A stretch of DNA of 37,280 nucleotides from an uncultured Oscillospiraceae bacterium (GCA_964410755.1 CAYPIJ010000002.1:1-37280); one strand, 5' to 3'; positions 9,941 through 19,196 are shown, counted from the first letter of the stretch. Translations and numbers: made by a program. The notes: generated by a model from the sequence alone, not told the origin.

Positions 9941-10877
9941 TTATTTCTTCCTTTATTTCCTCATATTTTTTATTTGTCCGAAACCCAGCTGCTCTTACAT
10001 GACCTCCGCCGCCGAACAGTGCGGCAATTTTTGTAGCATCAATAGGTGCATCTGTACGTATACTACCTTTTATATATCCTTTTTCTCTTTCTGTAAGAAG
10101 TATTCCGCACTTTATACCCTCAATATCTTTAAGGGCATTGGAAAGTCCGTCTGTATCTGTGGATAATATTTCTCTTTTTTCATACATATCATTATCGATT
10201 AGACAAACTGTTGCTTCGTTGTTTAAAACAACGGCATTTTCCATAACAAAAGCAAAAAGTTTATTATACGTCATGGATTTTTTAAGCATTGTTTGTGTAA
10301 CAATTTGTGTTCGACAAAAATCGTAATCGTAAAGCTCTGAAACAATTTCAAGCGTCCTTTTACGGGTGCCTTCATAAACAAAACCACCCGTATCGGTAAG
10401 AATTGCCAAATAAATTGCTTTCGCAACTTCATTATCCAATGATACATCGGTATTTTTATAAAGTTCATAAACAATTTCCCCGGCTGCCGGAGCATGACCG
10501 TCCACTATATTCAAGTCGCAGTCCATAGGGTTTGAAATATGATGATCTATGGTACAAGTAAAATCGGGAGTCGGAAATTCAACGTCTGCTCTGTCTTTTT
10601 CGGCACAATCAACATATATAACAAGCTCGTAAACCTTATCTGTTTTAGCTTTTACTTCAAAATAGGAAGCAACACTTTCAAATTTCGGAGATACCTCTTC
10701 CGAAACAAACAAATCGGCTTTTTTTCCAAGCTTATTAACATACATTTTAACCGCCGAAGCCGACCCCAAAGCATCTCCATCGGGAGACAAATGGGTAACA
10801 ATTAAAATATCGGAAACATTTTTGATTTTTTCTTTCAACTTTAGCATTTGTTCCTTCATACCGATTTTACCTTTCAT
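9915..10877 (-). CDS. nrnA: DHH/DHHA1 phosphoesterase (NrnA-like oligoribonuclease / pAp phosphatase)
   Basis: Motifs HLSPDGDALGS, DHH (TIDHHISN) and GGGGH (FGGGGHVRAAGF). An alternative start at 10859 is possible. The 3' end overlaps the truB start by 26 nt. Confidence 0.85.
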   Translation of the reverse strand: MKGKIGMKEQMLKLKEKIKNVSDILIVTHLSPDGDALGSASAVKMYVNKLGKKADLFVSEEVSPKFESVASYFEVKAKTDKVYELVIYVDCAEKDRADVEFPTPDFTCTIDHHISNPMDCDLNIVDGHAPAAGEIVYELYKNTDVSLDNEVAKAIYLAILTDTGGFVYEGTRKRTLEIVSELYDYDFCRTQIVTQTMLKKSMTYNKLFAFVMENAVVLNNEATVCLIDNDMYEKREILSTDTDGLSNALKDIEGIKCGILLTEREKGYIKGSIRTDAPIDATKIAALFGGGGHVRAAGFRTNKKYEEIKEEINGWLLTCK

Positions 10878-10884
10878 ATAAAAA

Positions 10885-11226
10885 TCATTTCAAATTGTTC
10901 ATAATCTTTAAAATTCTGTCACCTTCTTCAAGGGAATTGTCGATTACAAAATTAAACTGTGGCGTAATTCTTAAACGCAAACGGTCCGAAATTTGTCTTC
11001 TTACATAACCTTTTGCACTTTCCAATCCTGCCAAAACGTCTTTTTTTGTTTCGTCATTTCCCAAAACGCTTACATAAACCTTGCAAAATTTCAAATCCTT
11101 TGTTACAACGGTTTTTAAAACACTCACCATTCCCGTTTTCACTCTGGGATCTTTAATTTCTCTTATAATAGAAGTAAGCTCTCTTTTTACTTCTTCGTTA
11201 ATTCTTTTTTCTCTGTGACTTGCCAT
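10885..11226 (-). CDS. rbfA: Ribosome-binding factor A
   Basis: 113 aa with R..R..E.V.RELS-like and KDPR motifs, located after infB. Confidence 0.93.
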   Translation of the reverse strand: MASHREKRINEEVKRELTSIIREIKDPRVKTGMVSVLKTVVTKDLKFCKVYVSVLGNDETKKDVLAGLESAKGYVRRQISDRLRLRITPQFNFVIDNSLEEGDRILKIMNNLK

Positions 11227-11236
11227 AAAGCTCTCC

Positions 11237-13582
11237 TTACTGTTTTACTTCTTCCATAACAAAGCTTTCAATAACGTCGCCCTCTTTAATATCGTTGAAT
11301 TTATCAAAACCGCAACCGCATTCAAATCCGCTTGCAACTTCTTTGGCATCGTCTTTGAAACGTTTCAATGATGACAATACGCCTTCATAAACAATTACAC
11401 CGTCACGAACAATTCTGACTTGAGAATTACGAACGATTTTACCGTCAAGAACGTATACACCGGCAATGGTTCCAACACCGGAAACCCTGAAAGTATTTCT
11501 GATTTCACCGTGACCCAAAACATTTTCTGTAAATTTAGGTGCAAGCATACCCTTCATAGCAGCTTCCATTTCTTCTATAGCCTGATAAATTACTCTGTAA
11601 AGTCTGATATCAACATCATTGTGTTTTGCGGATTCCATCGTTTTTGCATCGGGTCTGATATTAAAGCCTACAATAATTGCATTTGATGCCGATGCAAGCA
11701 TAATATCGGAATCATTTACAGTACCGACACCTGAATGTATAACTCTCACTTTTACTTCGTCGTTGGAAAGCTTTTCCAATGAAGCACTTACCGCTTCCGT
11801 TGTACCTTGAACATCAGCCTTAACAATAATGTTAAGTTCTTTCATTTCGCCTTCTGCAATATGTGAGAACAAGTTATCCAAAGTAACTGTTTTTCTCTTA
11901 TTGAATATTTCTTCTTTTTCATTGAATTTACGTTGTTCAACAACCTGTCTTGCTTTCTTTTCATCGTCAACAACTTTAAATTTATCACCTGCCGTAGGAA
12001 CTTCGCTGAGACCTAAAATTTCAACAGGTGTTGAAGGTGTAGCTATTTTTTGAGCTTTGCCTTTGTAGTCTGTCATAGCTCTTACTTTACCGACACTTGT
12101 TCCGGCAACAACTATATCTCCTGATTTTAATGTACCGTTTTGTACAAGAACGGTTGCAACAGGTCCTCTTGCCTTATCAAGCTTAGCCTCAATAACAATA
12201 CCACTTGCGGATTTATTGGGATTAGCTTTCAAATCTCTGAGTTCAGCAAGCAAAAGAACATTTTCCAAAAGCGTATCTATGTTCATTCTCTTCTTTGCGG
12301 ATACAGGAACACAAATTACATCTCCGCCCCACTCTTCGGGAACAAGACCGTGTTCTGTAAGCTCTTGCTTAATTCTGTCGGGGTTAGCGCCCTCTTTATC
12401 TATTTTGTTGATTGCAACAACAATTGAAATATCAGCTGCTTTTGCGTGATTGATTGCTTCAATTGTCTGTGGCATAATACCGTCATCAGCGGCAACAACC
12501 AATATTGCTATATCAGTTGCCTTTGCACCTCTGGCACGCATAGCTGTAAACGCCTCGTGACCCGGTGTATCGAGGAATGTAATATCTTCGTTGTTTACTT
12601 TTACTTTATAAGCACCGATATGCTGTGTAATACCGCCTGCTTCCGTTGAAGTTACATCGGAATCTCTTATTGCGTCCAAAAGTGATGTTTTACCATGGTC
12701 AACGTGACCCATAACGCAAACAACAGGTGGACGTGTAACAAGATCTTCGGGCTTATCTTCAACTTCCGTAAAGAGTTCTTCCTCCAAAGAAACTGTAACA
12801 AGCTTTTCAACCTTTGCTCCAAACTCTTCCGCAACAAGGTATGCGGTATCAAAGTCTATTGTCTGAGAAACGGACGCCATAACACCGTAGGACATAAGTT
12901 TTTTAATAACTTCCGCACCTGTTTTTTTAAGTCTTTCGGCAAGCTCACCGACGGAAATTTCTTCAGGTATTCTAACCTTGATAATTTCAGGTTTAATAAC
13001 CATTTTTTCCTTTTTCTCGTGCTTGTTGAACTTAGGATTGGCACGGTCGAATTTCTGACTTTTCGGACCTTTTTTGATTTTCTGTTTTTTGTTTTCTGTA
13101 CCGTAAATATCGGTTCCAACCATAATTTGCTCAATTTTTGTATCGTCAAGATGCGATTCGTCGATAACGTTTTGTCTTGTATCAACATATCTTACTTTTT
13201 TACCGATAGGCGCATTGATAACTTCGTCCAAATCGTTGTCGGAAGTATCTTTTGAAGTTTCTTCAACTACTTCTTTTTGAGCCTTTTTGGTTTCTTTCTT
13301 AGTTTCTTTTTTCGCGGATTTTTCTTTCACTTTTGTCTCTTCTTTTTTCGGTTCTTCTTTTTTAGTTTCAGCTTCTTTTTTCACCGCATACATGGAAAAA
13401 TCTTCAACTTGATTTTTTTGCATAATAACATCAAAAATAATGTTGATTTTTTCTTCGTCAACGGAGCTGGAACCGTTTTTAATTTCCAAACCTGCCTCTT
13501 TGGCATATTCCAAAACTTCTTTTGATTTCATATTGAAATCTTTTGCTATTTCAGTTATTTTTTTCTTAATTGCTTTTGCCAT
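11237..13582 (-). CDS. infB: Translation initiation factor IF-2
   Basis: G-domain motifs [20 protein letters not shown] and NKID, with a Lys/Glu-rich low-complexity N-terminal region. Confidence 0.97.
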   Translation of the reverse strand: MAKAIKKKITEIAKDFNMKSKEVLEYAKEAGLEIKNGSSSVDEEKINIIFDVIMQKNQVEDFSMYAVKKEAETKKEEPKKEETKVKEKSAKKETKKETKKAQKEVVEETSKDTSDNDLDEVINAPIGKKVRYVDTRQNVIDESHLDDTKIEQIMVGTDIYGTENKKQKIKKGPKSQKFDRANPKFNKHEKKEKMVIKPEIIKVRIPEEISVGELAERLKKTGAEVIKKLMSYGVMASVSQTIDFDTAYLVAEEFGAKVEKLVTVSLEEELFTEVEDKPEDLVTRPPVVCVMGHVDHGKTSLLDAIRDSDVTSTEAGGITQHIGAYKVKVNNEDITFLDTPGHEAFTAMRARGAKATDIAILVVAADDGIMPQTIEAINHAKAADISIVVAINKIDKEGANPDRIKQELTEHGLVPEEWGGDVICVPVSAKKRMNIDTLLENVLLLAELRDLKANPNKSASGIVIEAKLDKARGPVATVLVQNGTLKSGDIVVAGTSVGKVRAMTDYKGKAQKIATPSTPVEILGLSEVPTAGDKFKVVDDEKKARQVVEQRKFNEKEEIFNKRKTVTLDNLFSHIAEGEMKELNIIVKADVQGTTEAVSASLEKLSNDEVKVRVIHSGVGTVNDSDIMLASASNAIIVGFNIRPDAKTMESAKHNDVDIRLYRVIYQAIEEMEAAMKGMLAPKFTENVLGHGEIRNTFRVSGVGTIAGVYVLDGKIVRNSQVRIVRDGVIVYEGVLSSLKRFKDDAKEVASGFECGCGFDKFNDIKEGDVIESFVMEEVKQ

Positions 13583-13904
13583 ATAACGTATTCACCTCTA
13601 AAATTCCTTTACTAAAATTTTCATCTGTAACGGACAAGACAACAGTCTGCCCTATTCCTATAAGCCCACCGAGTTCTTCTTTTGTCATATCGGTATAGGC
13701 TATGCTTGTTTTTCCAAGATGAAATTCTATTTCCTTTTTCGATTTATCCGATATGTCCGATGATGTAATTATAAGCTTTGATTTATGTTTTTTCAAATCT
13801 GCCGTACAGCCGTCGCTTCCGTAGGAAAGCTTGCCTGCTCGTCTTGAAAGTCCTATAAGCCTTTGAGCTTTCGGATTGCTTTTTAATTTTAAATCTACTT
13901 TCAA
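13566..13904 (-). CDS. ylxQ: L7Ae-family RNA-binding protein YlxQ
   Basis: [14 protein letters not shown] motif, about 110 aa, apparent TTG start. It sits between ylxR and infB as in Bacillus. Confidence 0.8.
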   Translation of the reverse strand: MKVDLKLKSNPKAQRLIGLSRRAGKLSYGSDGCTADLKKHKSKLIITSSDISDKSKKEIEFHLGKTSIAYTDMTKEELGGLIGIGQTVVLSVTDENFSKGILEVNTLYGKSN

Positions 13905-14158
13905 TTCAAAAGCTCCTTTCTCAAATTCTCGTGAACTTCATTGGGAATTTTTTTTCTGAAAGCTCTTGAAAGAGCGTTTTTCTTAACAAGCAAATTCCAA
14001 CATTCCTCGCTTTCGCATATATAAGCGCCTCTGCCGTTATGTTTTTTTTCATTGTCTTTAACGCATTGCACACCGTCAACCAACGCTATTCTCACAAGTT
14101 CATTTTTGTCTTTTATTTTATTGCAACAAATACATTTTCTTCGGGGTATATGCTTCAC
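13901..14158 (-). CDS. ylxR: YlxR/RnpM family (DUF448) RNA-binding protein; start re-called to GTG at 14158
   Basis: Family-typical N-terminus (V)KHIPRRKCICC...ELVRI and GRGAYIC. GGAAAGGA lies 8-9 nt upstream of the GTG. The longer tracked ORF (to 14263) would overlap the nusA 3' end by 83 nt. Confidence 0.8.
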   Translation of the reverse strand: MKHIPRRKCICCNKIKDKNELVRIALVDGVQCVKDNEKKHNGRGAYICESEECWNLLVKKNALSRAFRKKIPNEVHENLRKELLN

Positions 14159-14180
14159 AAAAACATTCCTTTCCAAAAAA

Positions 14181-15230
14181 TTATTCAGCCGGTTTAATGT
14201 CGATTTTGTAACCGGTAAGTCTTGCTGCAAGTCTTGCATTCTGACCTTCTTTACCGATTGCAAGTGAAAGCTGATCTTTGTCTACTGTTACATAACATGT
14301 TTTTTCGTCCGGATTTACATTGCATTCAACAACTTCCGCAGGTGAAAGTGCTTCTTTTACGAACTCATCCATATTTTCGCTGTAATTAATTATGTCAATT
14401 TTTTCTCCGTTAAGCTCGTTTAAGATGTTTTCGACTCTCATTCCCTTAGGACCGATGCAAGAACCAACCGCTTCAACATTGCTGTCGTTTGACAATACCG
14501 CAATTTTTGTTCTTGAACCCGCTTCTCTGGCAATTGACTTGATTTCAATTGTTCCGTCGGCAATTTCGGGAACTTCTTTTTCAAACAAGCATTTTACCAA
14601 ATTGGGGTGTGAACGTGAAATAATAACCTGTGGTGCTTTACCGATTATTTTCACCTGTACAACATAAATTTGTATTTTGTCCCCACGTTCATATCTTTCT
14701 GTTGGGATTTGCTCTTGCGGAGTAAGAATTGCTTCTGTTCTTCCGATGGAAACCATAACGTTTCCTTTTTCTGTTCTTTCAACAACACCTGTTACAAGTG
14801 TTCCTGTTTTTTCGGTAAATTCGGAAACCATATTTCCTCTTTCAACCTCCCTTATCTTCTGAACAACAATACCTCTTGCATTTTGAGCGGCAATTCTTCC
14901 GAATGTTTTCGGTGTCACATCAACAAGTACGCTGTCTCCCACTTCAGCGGTTTTCGATATTTTCTTTGCATCCTTATAATCGATTTGTGTTTCGGGATCT
15001 GTTATTTCTTCACAAACCTCTTTTTGCAAATAAACACTGGCGTCACCTGTTTTTTCCGATACCTTAGCAACAACCTCACAAGATGTTTCATAATCTTTCT
15101 TGTAAGCGGTTACAAGTGCATTTTCCATAGCTTCGATAAGGATTTCTTTTTTAATGCCCTTTTCCTTTTCCAAAAGGTCAAGAGCTACCAAAAATTCTTT
15201 GTTCATAACTTTTCTTTGTTCCTCCAACAA
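14181..15230 (-). CDS. nusA: Transcription termination/antitermination factor NusA
   Basis: N-terminal domain, S1 domain (GDSVLVDV...) and two KH domains (IGPKGMRVENI, IGKEGQNARLA). There are no C-terminal AR repeats, as in Firmicutes. Confidence 0.96.
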   Translation of the reverse strand: MLEEQRKVMNKEFLVALDLLEKEKGIKKEILIEAMENALVTAYKKDYETSCEVVAKVSEKTGDASVYLQKEVCEEITDPETQIDYKDAKKISKTAEVGDSVLVDVTPKTFGRIAAQNARGIVVQKIREVERGNMVSEFTEKTGTLVTGVVERTEKGNVMVSIGRTEAILTPQEQIPTERYERGDKIQIYVVQVKIIGKAPQVIISRSHPNLVKCLFEKEVPEIADGTIEIKSIAREAGSRTKIAVLSNDSNVEAVGSCIGPKGMRVENILNELNGEKIDIINYSENMDEFVKEALSPAEVVECNVNPDEKTCYVTVDKDQLSLAIGKEGQNARLAARLTGYKIDIKPAE

Positions 15231-15247
15231 TCTATATAATTATAATT

Positions 15248-15733
15248 TTAAACGTTTTTTGATTTCAAAAATTCATTTATGTCAAAATAAATCTTTGCAT
15301 TACTGATTTTTTCTTTTTCTATATTTTTTTCTTCACCGTTAATATCCAACGAAATTTCTTTATCATTGTGTGCTTTTAAAGTACCGATAAAGCTTTTTTC
15401 TCCGTCAATCGGTGAATAAAGAGAAATTTCAACTTGTTTTTCCAACGCATCGTTATAATGAGCGGAAGTTCTTAATCTTCTTTCAACGCCCGGAGAAGAA
15501 ACCTCAAGGTTGTATGCACCATCAATAACATCTATTTCATCGAGTTTTTTTGAAATAAGTCTTGAAATTGCTTCGCATTCATCAATTTGTATTCCGTTTT
15601 TTGTATCCACGTAAATACGTAATACCTTGTTTTTTCCTTCCTTTTGCATTTCCATATCATAAAGATATGCACCGTTTTCTTCGCATATTTTCACAATCGG
15701 CTCGGTAATTTTTCCGATAATATTTGAAGCCAT
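15248..15733 (-). CDS. rimP: Ribosome maturation factor RimP; start re-called to ATG at 15733
   Basis: MASNIIGKITEPIV...LEVSSPGVERRL is the typical RimP signature. AAGGGGGA lies upstream of 15733. The longer tracked ORF (to 15871) would run through the promoter and leader. Confidence 0.9.
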   Translation of the reverse strand: MASNIIGKITEPIVKICEENGAYLYDMEMQKEGKNKVLRIYVDTKNGIQIDECEAISRLISKKLDEIDVIDGAYNLEVSSPGVERRLRTSAHYNDALEKQVEISLYSPIDGEKSFIGTLKAHNDKEISLDINGEEKNIEKEKISNAKIYFDINEFLKSKNV

Positions 15734-15751
15734 AAGCAAAAATCCCCCTTT

Positions 15752-15783
15752 ACAAAAGTAAAAGAGTGGGACACCCACTCTTC
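15752..15783 (-). promoter_or_regulatory. 5'-leader hairpin with interrupted U-tract upstream of rimP-nusA (candidate attenuator)
   Basis: On the minus strand: AAGAGUGGG-UGU-CCCACUCUU (9 bp) followed by UUACUUUUG. It lies between the predicted -10 and the rimP RBS. Confidence 0.35.
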
Positions 15784-15808
15784 TAGCATAACTATAATCT
15801 TCATAGAC

Positions 15809-15837
15809 ATTATAACACCTTTTTTTAAAAAAATCAA
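15809..15837 (-). promoter_or_regulatory. Sigma-A type promoter for the rimP-nusA-infB array
   Basis: On the minus strand: TTGATT (15837-15832), a 17-nt spacer ending in TGT (extended -10), then TATAAT (15814-15809). Confidence 0.5.
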
Positions 15838-15917
15838 GTCTTTTTTGAAAAAAAATGAAAAAATTATACATTTTTTTATAAAAAACGGCTTTACAACAAA
15901 AAAAGTGTCTTTTCGAC

Positions 15918-15946
15918 TTGACATATCAAATATATTTTGCTATAAT
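15918..15946 (+). promoter_or_regulatory. Consensus sigma-A promoter of the purine operon
   Basis: TTGACA (15918-15923), a 17-nt spacer, then TATAAT (15941-15946). It is about 20 nt upstream of the riboswitch. Confidence 0.65.
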
Positions 15947-15966
15947 ATTAATGTATTGATAATTTC

Positions 15967-16086
15967 TTCCGTGACTGACGGAAAAACTCTTTTTTGAGTA
16001 TGGCAGAGCACTGCCGGGGAACGGAAAGATAAAATTATTTTATGTTCATCTTTATGAATACTTTAAGCCGACCGTCTGGGCAGAAC
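15967..16086 (+). promoter_or_regulatory. ZTP riboswitch (pfl motif)
   Basis: P1 pairs UUCCGU (15967-72) with ACGGAA (16021-26). Conserved GUGACUGACGG, the P2 hairpin GGCAG-AGCA-CUGCC followed by GGGGAACGG, an AU-rich linker, then the 3' subdomain GCCGACCGUCUGGGCAG (16067-84). The pseudoknot GACGG:CCGUC carries a compensatory change relative to the usual GGCG:CGCC. It sits upstream of pur and fhs genes. Confidence 0.85.
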
Positions 16087-16116
16087 TATTTTGTAAGATA
16101 GTTCTGCCCTTTTTTA
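16078..16116 (+). terminator. Intrinsic terminator forming the ZTP riboswitch expression platform
   Basis: GGGCAGAACTAT (16078-89) pairs with ATAGTTCTGCCC (16098-109), followed by TTTTTT. The 5' arm overlaps the aptamer CUGGGCAG, consistent with an ON switch. Confidence 0.8.
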
Positions 16117-16163
16117 TTTATTTTGGCAAATAATTCAATTTTATATACATTTTGGAGGTAATT

Positions 16164-16658
16164 ATGAAAAAAATCGGTATTATTATGGGTTCAGACAGCG
16201 ATTTGCCTGTTTGCGAAAAAGCAATTGACGTATTAAAGGAATTTGATGTTCCTTTTGAAGTTCACGTTTATTCGGCACACAGAACACCTGAGCAAGCAAA
16301 GGATTTTTCAATCAATGCAAGAAAAAATGATTTCGGTGCAATTATTGCGGCAGCAGGAAAGGCTGCACACTTGGCAGGTGCAATTGCCGCCAACACAACA
16401 ATTCCGGTTATCGGTATTCCCGTGAAATCATCAACACTTGACGGACTTGACGCACTTTTGTCAACCGTACAAATGCCTACCGGTATTCCCGTTGCCACAG
16501 TTGCAATAGACGGTGCGGCAAACGCTGCTCTTTTGGCAATACAAATTCTTTCCGTAAGCGATGAGGCTTTAGCTAAAAAGCTTAACGACAAAAGAAAAAA
16601 AGATACAGAAAACGTTCTTTCAAAGAACGAAAAAATAGAAGAAAATTTCAACATATAA
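16164..16658 (+). CDS. purE: 5-(carboxyamino)imidazole ribonucleotide mutase, class I-like PurE
   Basis: GGAGG lies 5 nt upstream of the ATG at 16164. Motifs [14 protein letters not shown] and GKAAHLAG are present. Confidence 0.92.
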   Translation: MKKIGIIMGSDSDLPVCEKAIDVLKEFDVPFEVHVYSAHRTPEQAKDFSINARKNDFGAIIAAAGKAAHLAGAIAANTTIPVIGIPVKSSTLDGLDALLSTVQMPTGIPVATVAIDGAANAALLAIQILSVSDEALAKKLNDKRKKDTENVLSKNEKIEENFNI

Positions 16659-16691
16659 ACCATTTAATATAGAATATTTACGGAGGACATC

Positions 16692-18113
16692 ATGGGCGGT
16701 TTTTTCGGAGCAATTAACAAAAACGAAGCTATAACAGACGTATTTTTCGGTACGGACTATCATTCCCACTTGGGAACACGCAGAGGCGGTATTGCCGCTT
16801 TTGACAAAGAAATAGGACTTCAAAAAGAAATCCACAACATTGAAAACTCACCTTTCAGAACAAAGTTCGACGGAGTTTTTGAAGAAATGAAAGGAACGGC
16901 AGCAATAGGCGTAATAAGTGATAACGATCCACAACCTTTGCTTATACGTTCAAAAGTAGGCACTTATGCAATAAGCTTTATAGGAAGAATCAATAATTCC
17001 GAGGAACTTATAAAAGACTATCTTTCCAAAGGCGGTCATTTCGGAGTGCTTACAAGCGGAAAGGTCAATTCCGTTGATCTTATCGCCGCTCTTATAAACG
17101 AAAGAGAAGATTTTATTGAGGGAATAAAATTTGCACAAAGTGTAATTGACGGAACGGCTTCCATTCTTATATTAACAAATGACGGAGAATTGATTGCCGC
17201 TCGTGACAGACTGGGAAGACTTCCGATTTTAATAGGAAAAAGAGAAGACGGATATGCAGTATCTTTTGAATCCTTTGCCTACAAAAAGTTGGGATATGAA
17301 AACGAAAAGGAACTTGGACCGGGGGAAATTGTAAGAATTACCTTAGACGGTATCGAACAACTAAATCCACCGGGAAAAGAAATGAAAATATGTGCGTTTT
17401 TATGGAGCTACTACGGTTTTCCAAACTCCGAATATGAGGGAGTAAACGTTGAAACAATGCGTTACAGAAACGGTCACATAATGGCGCAAAACGACGAAAT
17501 TTTGAAAAATAAAGACAGCATCGACTATGTAAGCGGTATTCCCGATTCGGGAACTCCACACGCAATAGGCTATGCAAACGAAAGCGGAGTGCCATTTGCA
17601 AGACCCTTTATAAAATACACACCAACATGGCCGAGAAGCTTTATGCCGTCACATCAAACCGAAAGAGTAAAAATAGCAAAAATGAAGCAAATTCCGATAC
17701 CGGAGCTTATTGAGGGCAAAAATCTTTTGTTTGTGGATGATTCCATAGTAAGAGGAACACAGCTAAAAGGAACAGTTGATTTTCTTTACCAAAACGGAGC
17801 AAAATCAGTTCACATGCGTTCCGCTTGTCCCCCTATAATGTTCGGTTGCAAATATCTTAATTTTTCTGCTTCCAAAAACGACATGGAGCTTATAGCAAGA
17901 AGAACGATTATGGAGCTTGAGGGAGAAGAAGGCTTCAACCACATTGAAGAATACAGTTCTTCAACAACCGAAAGAGGCAAAAAATTGCGTGAGCATATAT
18001 CAAAAACTTTAAAATTCGATTCCGTTGATTTTCAGTCACTTGAGGGAGTTATAAAAGCAATAGGAATAGACCCATGCAAATTATGTACTTACTGCTGGAG
18101 CGGTAAGGAATAA
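16692..18113 (+). CDS. purF: Amidophosphoribosyltransferase-like protein (PurF family) lacking the N-terminal Cys nucleophile
   Basis: PRTase motifs GIPDSG and LFVDDSIVRGTQ. Cys positions match the B. subtilis [4Fe-4S] ligands (ICAFLW, ACPPIMFGCKY, CKLCTYCWSGK). The N-terminus is MGGFFG rather than MCG-FG. GGAGGA RBS. Confidence 0.85.
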   Translation: MGGFFGAINKNEAITDVFFGTDYHSHLGTRRGGIAAFDKEIGLQKEIHNIENSPFRTKFDGVFEEMKGTAAIGVISDNDPQPLLIRSKVGTYAISFIGRINNSEELIKDYLSKGGHFGVLTSGKVNSVDLIAALINEREDFIEGIKFAQSVIDGTASILILTNDGELIAARDRLGRLPILIGKREDGYAVSFESFAYKKLGYENEKELGPGEIVRITLDGIEQLNPPGKEMKICAFLWSYYGFPNSEYEGVNVETMRYRNGHIMAQNDEILKNKDSIDYVSGIPDSGTPHAIGYANESGVPFARPFIKYTPTWPRSFMPSHQTERVKIAKMKQIPIPELIEGKNLLFVDDSIVRGTQLKGTVDFLYQNGAKSVHMRSACPPIMFGCKYLNFSASKNDMELIARRTIMELEGEEGFNHIEEYSSSTTERGKKLREHISKTLKFDSVDFQSLEGVIKAIGIDPCKLCTYCWSGKE

Positions 18114-18158
18114 AAAACTAAAGAAAATAAAGACAATAAAAGAAAGGTAATTATAAAT

Positions 18159-19196
18159 ATGAAAAGTTACAGCGAAAGCTACAAAAATGCGGGAGTTGAC
18201 ATTACTGCCGGTTACAAAGCCGTTGAGCTTATGAAAGAACACATCAAAAAAACACTTACATCGGGAGCTATTTCCGACATCGGAGGATTTGGAGGCTTAT
18301 TTGAGCTTGATATGACAGGAATTACAAAGCCTGTTTTGGTAAGCGGAACAGACGGTGTTGGTACAAAATTAAAGCTTGCTTTCCTTATGGATAAGCACGA
18401 CACAGTTGGTATCGATTGCGTTGCAATGTGTGTAAACGATATTATTTGTTGCGGAGCAAAACCGCTTTTGTTCCTTGACTACATAGCTTGCGGAAAAAAT
18501 GTACCCGAAAAAATCGCTTCAATCGTAAAAGGTATTGCAGACGGTTGCGTTATGTCGGGAGCTTCTCTTGTTGGCGGTGAAACTGCGGAAATGCCCGGTT
18601 TCTATCCCGAAGATGAATACGACCTTGCAGGTTTTTCGGTTGGTGTTGTTGACAAAGCCAAAATCCTTAACAACAAAACAATGAAAGAGGGAGACGTTAT
18701 AATCGCACTTCCCTCAAGCGGAGTTCATTCAAACGGATTTTCTTTGGTTAGAAAAGTTTTCGACATAGAAAATGCCGACATCAAAACTCCCGTTGATGAG
18801 CTCGGTGGTAAATCAATAGGTGAAACACTTCTTACACCTACTAGAATTTACGTTAAACCTATGCTTGCACTTTTTGACGAAGTAACGGTTAAAGCCGTTT
18901 CTCACATTACAGGCGGAGGATTTTACGAAAATATTCCAAGAAGCTTGCCCGAAGGATTCTGTGCAAAAATAGACAAAACATCATTAAGAATACTTCCTAT
19001 CTTCAACCTTATCCAAAAAACAGGCAACATTCCCGAAAAGGATATGTTCAACACATTCAATATGGGTGTTGGTATGAGTATTGTTGTAAGCAAAGAAGAC
19101 GCTGACAAAGCACTTGAAGTTTTAAAAGCAAACGGTGAAGATGCTTACGTTATCGGTGAAATTACAAAAGGTGACGAAAGCGTGGTAATATGCTAA
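18159..19196 (+). CDS. purM: Phosphoribosylformylglycinamidine cyclo-ligase (AIR synthetase)
   Basis: [24 protein letters not shown] and HITGGG motifs. Confidence 0.95.
   Translation: MKSYSESYKNAGVDITAGYKAVELMKEHIKKTLTSGAISDIGGFGGLFELDMTGITKPVLVSGTDGVGTKLKLAFLMDKHDTVGIDCVAMCVNDIICCGAKPLLFLDYIACGKNVPEKIASIVKGIADGCVMSGASLVGGETAEMPGFYPEDEYDLAGFSVGVVDKAKILNNKTMKEGDVIIALPSSGVHSNGFSLVRKVFDIENADIKTPVDELGGKSIGETLLTPTRIYVKPMLALFDEVTVKAVSHITGGGFYENIPRSLPEGFCAKIDKTSLRILPIFNLIQKTGNIPEKDMFNTFNMGVGMSIVVSKEDADKALEVLKANGEDAYVIGEITKGDESVVIC

Noticed and set aside
13270-13400. A repetitive T/C-rich DNA stretch (ttcttttttc-type repeats) that looked like a tandem repeat
   Set aside because: It is the coding sequence, on the minus strand, of the Lys/Glu-rich low-complexity N-terminal region of IF-2 ([10 protein letters not shown]...). 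It is not a repeat element or a CRISPR array.
15734-15924. The N-terminal extension of the rimP ORF (to 15871) and the 77-aa ORF at 15691-15924
   Set aside because: The extension has no family similarity, is Phe/Lys-rich, and overlaps the predicted promoter and leader hairpin. The canonical RimP N-terminus with a strong RBS begins at 15733.
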